Positions 9,490-18,500 of a DNA stretch of 64,000 nt are shown in pieces. Origin of the DNA: an uncultured virus (IMG/VR IMGVR_UViG_3300035701_000017) (lineage: Duplodnaviria; Heunggongvirae; Uroviricota; Caudoviricetes); the IMG/VR virus record IMGVR_UViG_3300035701_000017; one strand, 5' to 3'. A model generated the notes under the pieces. That model worked only from the letters and a program-made list of their open reading frames with translations, had not been told where the DNA came from and ran no database searches. The stretch's first letter is position 1. Each line of letters starts with the position of its first letter. The position numbers were made by a program, and so were the translations under genes.

Positions 9490-12400
9490 TTAAATTGTAT
9501 GAATAATTAACGAATTAAGATTCAAATAATCTAAATCAGTCGTCACAACATCATGACATCCTGTCTCACCGTGAACATTATATGCTACAGTTATTATATG
9601 AGCAGCTGGATTATCATTTACTCTTGTAGATACATATACTGTGCCGTCATTTGCAATGTAGCCTCTTCCTGCACCATTTGCAACTTCATTTGCAGAATTT
9701 ACTAAAGTAAGAGCTACATCATCTTCACTTATTCTCCAAAATTTAGAACTATCACTTGCACTGCCGGCAGTGTTATATTGTAAAATTCCAGCAATTGTCT
9801 TATAAGCTGTAACAATACTTACTAAATGAATTGACCATACTGCATTTTTTGGTATTTGTTCATTTGCAATATGAGTACCGTCAGATATAATCATCTTTGT
9901 CAAAGGTAAAACAATATAATCAATACCTTTAGTATCATCAATAACTGCAATTACATCACTTTGACTAATTCTCTGACCCATTTTCTTTTGATTAAAAATA
10001 GCACTTATGTTATTAGCCAATGTATCCTTAACAACCGGCGAACTTGCACCAAATTTTAATTTAACTGTAAATTCAAGATCAACATCAATTTTATTTGCAA
10101 GTTTTACTAGCACATCAGCTGTAATATGTCTTTCAACATCAATTTTTTGTTGTAACGGCCCTATAAGCGAATTAATATTGTACGTCACAGTCACAAGTTC
10201 ACCATACTTATAAGAAACTTTAACAGTTTGACCACTAGTAATTGAAGAAGTTGTTGATCTTGCAATACTCATATAATTAAAAGTTGTATCAGACATCATC
10301 AACAAATAATCATTATTTAATACATAAGTTATAGTGCCTGTTAAATTTGTAACAACAATAGTATTTTCATCAATGCCTTTTTTACTTAAATCAACATATT
10401 CATTTGCAGGAAGACTAATACTATCAATATTTTCAAGTAATTGTCCTTTTGGTAAACCTGCGCTTGCATCATACAATAACTGAATGCTTCTTGAAGTTTT
10501 AGTAGAATTACCGTCTAATAACATGTCATCAACTTTATTGAAAACATATTGCGTGCCTTCTTGAAGTGTATCACCATCTATTGTTATAACAGAAGCAATA
10601 CTATCTACGGGCTGATCAGGAAAAATTACAGGGCTTGTATTTTTATACTTATATGTCATTCTAATAGTATCTGTAGATAGCATATTAATTGCAGAATTAA
10701 TTGCATTAGTATCATTGACGTCAACAAATGTGCCATTTGATTCGATGTCTATAGCTTCGACAATATTACTATTCACTAATTGAGCTGTTGTTTCACCACC
10801 ACTTGCACTAGCAATAACAATTTCACCTATAATTGACTCAACATATTTGTAATCTGCAGTAATTACATCACCTGAAACAAGTCCTACAGGAAATGATATA
10901 AATGAAAATGTCACTTTACCTTTTAATTCTGTACCAACAGTCTTGTAATAAATCTTATAATCAATATCACGTACAAGTGTAATCGCAATTGCTGGTTGAA
11001 TGTGCAATGCACCTACGCCAGAAGTAAGAATATCTATTGCAATACCGGCAGTTGCATTTGCTGCAGTAGTTGCAAGTTTAATTCTAGTATTTGTTATTTT
11101 AATAACATAATAAACTGTGTCAGCAATTAACGGGCTTGGCATTGTGCTTGAACTTGTAATTTTAATTGCATCAGCGGTATGATATACATGTCTTGGTAAA
11201 ATCGTCAATTCATTAGTTGATGGATCTATTGAAAAAGTATTTATTCTGTTAAGATAAATTTTATCAGAAAATATAGATACATTTTTACCTAATGAAGTAG
11301 CATCAAGAAAAACACTAACTTCTCCTCCAACAGCTGCTGCTAAAACAATCTCATTAATTATATCAACTTTGTATTCATAATCAGCTGTTATACTGTCACC
11401 AACAGTTAACGCACTTACTAATTCAATCTCGCCTGTAACTAAATTAAGAGTATATTTAGATTTTAACAATTCAATTGCATTTTTGAATAATGTGAAATTG
11501 CCCGTTAAATCATACGATTCAGATTTAGTTACATTAATTATTTCCTGAATATAATAAATAGGATATGTTATTGAAACATCCGGATTTATTGTATAAATTC
11601 TCATATTCGTTGCGCTTGCTGCACTTTCAATAGTTGATACATCAATTTCCATATCTTCTCTATGAACACCATTGAATAAAAATCCAAATGTATCAGTATG
11701 ACTTTCTAAAACATTGCCTTTAAAATAAATATCAACTTTACCATATAAATGTTTTCCTCTAATAGGATCATAATCTCTTTGCATTAAGGGATGACCAGCA
11801 TCAACAACTAAAACGTCTTCAATATATTGAGTCTCAATCACAGTTTTTAGATAACCATCTTTTGTTCCAACGTCTAGACCAGTAAAAGCTAACATTGCTC
11901 TACTTGCAAAATGGTTATTGCTCTCTCTGTCTTGACCACCTTCAGTCGGCTTAACATTTGTCACCTGCAATTGCGTAAATGTTGAGTTTGTAATAGTATT
12001 AGAAGCAACATTTGTTTGTTCACCTACGTCTATAGCTTGAATAGATGCTGAAACTTCATATCTCTGTGTTGCAGGATTATAATATGAATCAATAGAAGAT
12101 ATGATCATTTTAACTTCTGATAATGTCCTAAAATTTATAGCAGGCTTTGCAGAAGTTGCAGTAGTTGAAATTACAGATCCTTGAGGCACTGTTATTGTAG
12201 CTGTAGGCTCAATAGTAGTATAAAATACAACTTCGCCAATAGACGCAGTTGCTGATCCTCTATACACTTTGAAATTTGCAGCTAATGAATCAAACGCAAA
12301 GTCAATTACACTTTGTACATCTGCATCCGTTGCTAATTGTAAAGCAGTTTTTAATTGCTGTTTATAAGTTGAATCTGATACAGCAATTGATGCATCTGTG

Positions 12401-13035
12401 TTATTAGGATCATCAATGTTTAGTAATGTAATAAACGACTGAGACTTAACTAAAAAATCAATATATATGTAAAGATTGCCAAACTCTGATGCATGCGGAT
12501 CAATATGAAGATCTCTTGTCATTGTTCCAGGTTTTATATCAATTTTAGGTTGACGATCTAAAACCTTTGTAATCATTGACAAAGAAACATCAGATGATGT
12601 TCTTATTGGATAATTGACAATGCTTGTTGTAATTATAAGAGGAATGCCATAAACTTCAATTGAATGCAAACTCTCTTCATCAGTATTGTTTACAGCCGTA
12701 ACAACATAATATTGATTTTTCTCTTCTAATAAATTAGCATGATTGTATGAATAAAAATATGTTAGCGTAACTGTCTCAATAGTAGTTGTTTTTCGTTGAC
12801 CACCAATTATTTCAACAGAAGTGGTGCTATTTGTCACTATGTCTTTTAATTCACTGTATATAGAAATTAATTCATTATTCAGCTTGACATATCCACTTAC
12901 TCCTCCTCCTGAAGTAGTAGAATTGTAAATATTATATCCTTTAATGTCAGATTCTGAATTAGCTACCCAACTAATTTTTATTGAATTAGACGAAACTTCA
13001 ATAATTAAACCTGTAGGCTGCGAAGGTCTTGACAT
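9490..13035 (-). CDS. Baseplate J/gp6-like wedge protein with N-terminal FN3 domain
   Basis: ISWVANSESDIKGYNIY (FN3); DIKPGT.TRD, A.A.GEVVF, GGQDRESN..FASR, SDVIAVI...GIDY. Confidence 0.8.
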   Translation of the reverse strand: MSRPSQPTGLIIEVSSNSIKISWVANSESDIKGYNIYNSTTSGGGVSGYVKLNNELISIYSELKDIVTNSTTSVEIIGGQRKTTTIETVTLTYFYSYNHANLLEEKNQYYVVTAVNNTDEESLHSIEVYGIPLIITTSIVNYPIRTSSDVSLSMITKVLDRQPKIDIKPGTMTRDLHIDPHASEFGNLYIYIDFLVKSQSFITLLNIDDPNNTDASIAVSDSTYKQQLKTALQLATDADVQSVIDFAFDSLAANFKVYRGSATASIGEVVFYTTIEPTATITVPQGSVISTTATSAKPAINFRTLSEVKMIISSIDSYYNPATQRYEVSASIQAIDVGEQTNVASNTITNSTFTQLQVTNVKPTEGGQDRESNNHFASRAMLAFTGLDVGTKDGYLKTVIETQYIEDVLVVDAGHPLMQRDYDPIRGKHLYGKVDIYFKGNVLESHTDTFGFLFNGVHREDMEIDVSTIESAASATNMRIYTINPDVSITYPIYYIQEIINVTKSESYDLTGNFTLFKNAIELLKSKYTLNLVTGEIELVSALTVGDSITADYEYKVDIINEIVLAAAVGGEVSVFLDATSLGKNVSIFSDKIYLNRINTFSIDPSTNELTILPRHVYHTADAIKITSSSTMPSPLIADTVYYVIKITNTRIKLATTAANATAGIAIDILTSGVGALHIQPAIAITLVRDIDYKIYYKTVGTELKGKVTFSFISFPVGLVSGDVITADYKYVESIIGEIVIASASGGETTAQLVNSNIVEAIDIESNGTFVDVNDTNAINSAINMLSTDTIRMTYKYKNTSPVIFPDQPVDSIASVITIDGDTLQEGTQYVFNKVDDMLLDGNSTKTSRSIQLLYDASAGLPKGQLLENIDSISLPANEYVDLSKKGIDENTIVVTNLTGTITYVLNNDYLLMMSDTTFNYMSIARSTTSSITSGQTVKVSYKYGELVTVTYNINSLIGPLQQKIDVERHITADVLVKLANKIDVDLEFTVKLKFGASSPVVKDTLANNISAIFNQKKMGQRISQSDVIAVIDDTKGIDYIVLPLTKMIISDGTHIANEQIPKNAVWSIHLVSIVTAYKTIAGILQYNTAGSASDSSKFWRISEDDVALTLVNSANEVANGAGRGYIANDGTVYVSTRVNDNPAAHIITVAYNVHGETGCHDVVTTDLDYLNLNSLIIHTI

Positions 13036-13053
13036 GAAACAGTCCTTTCAAAG

Positions 13054-14544
13054 TTATGATTGTGACAACAGCGGCTTGTTAAACAATAATGACGTACTCA
13101 TCTCAATAGCAGTTGCCGCTTGTGACACAACTAGAGCATTTATTTCATAAAAATTCGGATCATAATCACTTTGTTCAACAGTCATTGCTTCAAAATGACT
13201 AAAAAATTCTTTGTCACTAACAATTTGATACTGCGTCTGTTGAATTTGTAAATCTTTTATTTTTTCACCTGCATCAATTACTTCACTCTTAAATCTCGGC
13301 TTATAATATTCATTTGACCTTGCAGTTCCAACATAAGAACTTAATATAGTACCCCACCATGGATTTGCTTTATTAGATCCTTTTACTGCAATAGTAAATT
13401 TTAATACATCTTGCAACAACTTTTGCTCATCCACAACTGTAATTACTTCCCCCAATTTATCATAATCGTAATCGTTAGTTTGACTTGTACGTTTACATTT
13501 TCTACACTTATTCACATTCACTTGATAATTTATAGCTATTAAATCAGCAGCAACATCTTTATTTCTATAATGATATGTCACAGTCACAACATCAGTCTTT
13601 ACAGGCTTAAACCCCAAAACAACTAAACCTTGATTTGCATTCAAATTCAACGGCGTAACTACAAGACCATTAACTTTTACAACTATCTGAGTTATTAAAG
13701 TTCTCGATGGATCAGTATCCATTTTAGCTCTTGGAGGAATAATTGGCTTATTCTTAGTATAAAATCTATCTTCTAGTCCTGTAAATTGATCAGATACATC
13801 TTCACCTACAATTAAAAATTGATTTGTCTGTTTTACAGTGTCAAATATTAATCTACTACTATTTAATTCAGTTTTAATTAACCAACCATCACTTATAGAA
13901 TAATAATAATAAATTGAAACTAATTGACCTATTGCAGGCTTCTCTTTAATTGTTATTATGCCTGTTTGAGCGCCTACTGCAGTAACATGCGCCCTATACG
14001 AATATGTTACAGTCACTATGTCACCTAAAATAGGCGCATCTTGCAATGTTATTTTTCCAAAGACAGGTTCAATTGAAGCAATTACAACTTCAATTGAATT
14101 AACTTTAACTGCAACATCTATTGAAGACAATTGAGTTGCATAAACATCATAGTCTGACATTAATGGTCTATGTTGCGTGACTAATAATTTATCTGTTCCT
14201 CCTGTGAATTGAGCAGACACATCTTCATCAATTACAGTAATTTGAACTATAATATCAGTTTTAGTTGCTACTTGAGATTTATTTACTCCATTGTATAAAG
14301 GCACATTAGTCACAACAAATGATGAATTTGAACCGTCTACTTGAGAAGTTACATCTTCTTCACGTTGAATTTCAATTCTGTTATCTTTTCGCCAAATAGT
14401 GTCATTTACTCTAACAACAATGTCAGTGTCACTAGCGACAACTGAATCTAGATAAACTGTTTTGAAATCAATGTCATCTACAGCATGATCTTCCTCAACA
14501 ATCCTATGATCACAATATCTTAATAGTTTGGTATCAAATGACAT
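13054..14544 (-). CDS. Baseplate wedge/sheath initiator (gp25-like C-terminus) with three beta-sandwich repeats
   Basis: KLLQDVLKF...KGSN..NPWWGT.L..YVG; EDVS.QF.G repeats; upstream of baseplate J-like gene. Confidence 0.65.
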   Translation of the reverse strand: MSFDTKLLRYCDHRIVEEDHAVDDIDFKTVYLDSVVASDTDIVVRVNDTIWRKDNRIEIQREEDVTSQVDGSNSSFVVTNVPLYNGVNKSQVATKTDIIVQITVIDEDVSAQFTGGTDKLLVTQHRPLMSDYDVYATQLSSIDVAVKVNSIEVVIASIEPVFGKITLQDAPILGDIVTVTYSYRAHVTAVGAQTGIITIKEKPAIGQLVSIYYYYSISDGWLIKTELNSSRLIFDTVKQTNQFLIVGEDVSDQFTGLEDRFYTKNKPIIPPRAKMDTDPSRTLITQIVVKVNGLVVTPLNLNANQGLVVLGFKPVKTDVVTVTYHYRNKDVAADLIAINYQVNVNKCRKCKRTSQTNDYDYDKLGEVITVVDEQKLLQDVLKFTIAVKGSNKANPWWGTILSSYVGTARSNEYYKPRFKSEVIDAGEKIKDLQIQQTQYQIVSDKEFFSHFEAMTVEQSDYDPNFYEINALVVSQAATAIEMSTSLLFNKPLLSQS

Positions 14545-15008
14545 TAACCGACCTCTTTTTCGACAGTTAAGAACTTATGCTGAGCATCAAATAGTGAATT
14601 TACTTTTTCTATATTAGTTCTATATTCTGATTTTGATATTCGTAATAAATGAATTCGTTCTTGAATCTGCTCCAGTTCATCCATCATTTTTCTGACTTTA
14701 TGCTCATGATAATCTTTAACTTTTATATTTTTATAATATGGTTCTTTTACTAATTGAACAATTGTAGCAGAATCAACATCATCAACTTGCGACTGTAAAC
14801 TTCTATAAAACGTATTATTAAACATCTTCATCTTAACGTTAGATCTTTGAGATTGAGATATTAATTCATTCAACGTTTTTTGCAATTTACTTGATTCTAA
14901 AACCATATAATTTATTTGAGCATCAACTTTATCTACTTCACCTTGCAAAAAAGTTCTAAGAGACTCAAACTCTTGCTTTGAAAAAATACCCAAAAAATCA
15001 AACGCCAT
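14544..15008 (-). CDS. Hypothetical coiled-coil protein
   Basis: 154-aa ORF coupled to the next gene by TAATG overlap. Confidence 0.7.
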   Translation of the reverse strand: MAFDFLGIFSKQEFESLRTFLQGEVDKVDAQINYMVLESSKLQKTLNELISQSQRSNVKMKMFNNTFYRSLQSQVDDVDSATIVQLVKEPYYKNIKVKDYHEHKVRKMMDELEQIQERIHLLRISKSEYRTNIEKVNSLFDAQHKFLTVEKEVG

Positions 15009-15032
15009 TACTATATCCTATCTTAAAGTAAT

Positions 15033-15065
15033 AGCATTACTGTAGATTCTTCTCACAGTAATGCT
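15033..15065. promoter_or_regulatory. Perfect 11-bp intergenic stem-loop
   Basis: AGCATTACTGT-N11-ACAGTAATGCT; no strong U-tract. Confidence 0.5.
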
Positions 15066-15093
15066 CATCAAGCTAATCATTTCTTCAATCTCA

Positions 15094-15528
15094 TTAAGAT
15101 CTTAAGTAATCATGTTCACGCGGCATTTTATTGCTAGCAATATATTTTACAATTTCATTAATATTAGCCAATTCTTTTTTGTCATATACAGGTCTTTTAG
15201 AATGTTTTTCAGCTTTAGAAATAACTTTTTGAATTTCATCAAGATTAGTAATATGAGAATAGATTAAATCGGCGTTAGACTTAACATTAAATTCTACTGG
15301 CCGGTATAATCTTTTTGTCATATTTTTTTTAAGTTCTTCTATGTATTGTTTTTGTTCTTCAATAGAAAGATTTTTAAATTTTTTAGTTGTTAAATGAGGT
15401 ATTGCTGTAATTATTCTTTTGCTCTTTGGATGTCTCTTTAAATAATCTTTTTGTTCTTCCAAAGACAATTTGTTCCAATCACGTGCTTCTTTCAAAAACT
15501 CTGCTTGAATTGCAGCTAAATGCTTCAT
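15094..15528 (-). CDS. Basic hypothetical protein with N-terminal MKHLAAIQAEFLKEAR motif
   Basis: 144-aa ORF, AAGGAG RBS, internal repeat LS.EEQK.Y. Confidence 0.7.
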   Translation of the reverse strand: MKHLAAIQAEFLKEARDWNKLSLEEQKDYLKRHPKSKRIITAIPHLTTKKFKNLSIEEQKQYIEELKKNMTKRLYRPVEFNVKSNADLIYSHITNLDEIQKVISKAEKHSKRPVYDKKELANINEIVKYIASNKMPREHDYLRS

Positions 15529-15576
15529 ACCTAACTCCTTATTGTTATTGTTATTGTTAGCTATATTATAAAATCA

Positions 15577-18500
15577 CTATTTCTTGAAAAACAACTGTAA
15601 AAACTGATAAACAGCTTTAAGTTCAGGCCCTCCAATCAGCATTACTAATCCTGCTGTGTATCCGTCTGATCCTGAACTTGGTCCCCCTTCAGCTGTTTGA
15701 ATAAGTCGCTTTATTCTTTCAGATCCACCAGATGCAGGCTCTATCATCAATATATGAAAACCAACATCACTTGAAAAAATGGATGTAATCGTTTCTACAA
15801 TTTGTTGAATCGTATCAATAATTTTTTCTAACTCTTCTATTTTTCTTGCTAACAAATCAATAAATTGTGTAACAGTTTCAGACCCAGACTGTATTCCGGC
15901 CAATTCTCTATCAACCCATTTTTTCAATACTTCAATAAAAGCTTCAATTGGTTTTATTAACGCTTGTGCATTTATGCTTGACCAATTAGGATATGGCCCT
16001 AATGTGTCTTCACTTAACGATCTATAACCTGCACAAATGCCTGTTGTTTCAATACAGTAATTAGCGTCATTTGTATGTGCTCTATTTGCAATTGCTACAA
16101 ATCCTCCAACAGTTGCATCTTGACATGTATACGGATCAAAAAATGTAACATTCGGTATGCATCGTCCACCCGTATTAGTATTACCTACATTCAAACAAGC
16201 AGTTCCACTATGATAAATACATCTAGCATTTGAATATAATGTACAAAACTGTTTATTTGTGCCATTATTACATTTTATTTCATTAAACACATTCATGCCT
16301 TTAATACATGAAGCTTTGTATTCATTTTCATAAAGTTCAACCACTATAATGTCGTCACTTTTATAACCAATTTTTGATACGTCACTTATAGTAAGAATAG
16401 TATTGCCGTTATTATAAACAACAAGTAAGTCCCAGCCTGCAACTAGTTTTGTTTTATTTAAAATCTCAAAATATTGATCTTTACCTTCAGCTGTATCATT
16501 TGAGTCATCCCATATCATTGGTCCATTATCAGGATCATAAAACTTCTTAACATCTATTTTCAGTTTATCATGTGCAATTCTTCTTTCAGTTTCTGATACA
16601 TTTCTAACAACTAAATTATTAATATCAATTTTTATTGAATTAATCATCACTGTGAAATTATTAACTTGTTGTAGTCCCGCATCTGGAACCACTTTATCTC
16701 TAGCAAATAATGACTTAGATTGAATGACTAAGCCTGTTGTTTCAATCAATTTAACTTTTGGCTCAGGCAACGTCATACTTAGCTTTGTCTTGTCTTTAAC
16801 TCTATTACATCTAAAATTAACACATCTATTCAAAAACTCTTGACCGGCAACAATAGTTTCAGGTTTTGTCTTAGTAGCAGCTACTTCATTTGACAACGAA
16901 CTAAACGGCCCTGTCTCATTCATCATAGTTCTTATAGAATAAAAATAACTTTTTCCCTCTGACGCACTTGTGTCTGGATATGAATAACCTATACTACTTA
17001 TAGGTTGTTGTCCTGTACTAACAAAGCCTACAGCAAAATCTTTTACTGATTTAAAAAACTCAGTTGCTTTAACTATAGGCTGTAAAGGATCAACTTTTTT
17101 ATTCGTTGATATATCAATTATGTCACCCTTTTTAGCAATAGGTTGATTATTAGAATCATAATAATCTTGACTAGCTGTAATCAATACTGATTGTTTTTCA
17201 GATCTATATACTTCAAACCCATAAATCATATCAACAAATTTTTGCTGATTAAATATTCCCGCCACATTAAATTTAACAACTTCTGGCAAATCCCATCTTA
17301 TTGTTATATCTGTACCTGACATTGCTTGTACTGATTGAGGCTCTTGAACATCAGGTTCCCAATCTATTGAAGTAAATATCTTCTTTAAAGCTATTATACC
17401 TTTAACAATAGTTGCTATATTTCCAGAATCAACTGCAATAACAAATGCTGCACACTCACCATTGTCAGAAAATTGTGGCCTTTTAGTATCAAAAATATCA
17501 TCAAATGAATTAACAACTTTTTGTTTAAATACTTCAGATCCACCGCCTACACTTGCTAAAAACTTTGCAAACTTACTTGAATTATTGTTCACATCATAAT
17601 AATTAACATTTGGAAATACTGGTAATAAATACAAACCTGATGCACCAAGATCTTGAACATATTTGTCAATCAAATCGTATATCATTTGTAAAATAGCTTT
17701 CAATGCACTACTTGAATCAACTAAAAACACTTTAACAAGATTCATTACCTGTTTAATAAGATTCAATATCACTTTTAGTGGCGTAATCACATTATTAACA
17801 CCGTTTGCTACAGACATCAATGCGTCAGGCATCATGTCTTGCAAATTAAAAGACACCCATTCACCGTCAGGTTGATAGCCTACGCCCTTTAATAATACAT
17901 CAACTATATTATGAGCAGTATCATTACATGTTATTTTTAAATTGCCTCTAATATAATCTTTTGGCGCACTCTTAGGAGAAAAAACAACAGTGATTTGTGA
18001 CGAAGATTGCGGTGCTATACTAATAGATGTAGATGACGTAACTGAAAAACTAACTAAATTTTCTGTTACAACTACATTAGTAACATTAAGCGTTTCTGAC
18101 CCGTTATTAAAAATTTCAAGCATTCTTTGTGAAGATTCTCTAACATTTGTTTTATCAAATTCCAATTTTGAGGCAACTTCAATTACTGGTTTATTAACAC
18201 CTTTACCAGTTATAACAAAATCAACTTGACTATGCAATGGATCATCACTCATAATTTTTATAACATCATTATAAGTAACAACTTCAGTTGGTTTAAATGA
18301 AACTTTAATATCGTATGAATTATTTGCAAGAACAGTCATTGATGCAGGTGTAATTGAAAAATACTGTGACGTTAATTTCAACTCGACAACTAAATCAACA
18401 TTACTTGAATTACTAACTGTCAATGTCTTGTTTGAAGTTGTATTTAACGCAGTATCATCAAATGCAAACGATGTTGGCAATACCATTGCTGGATATTCAC

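Noticed and set aside
15538..15558. (AACAAT)x3 upstream of an RBS
   Set aside because: Too short; most likely an unstructured A-rich translation leader
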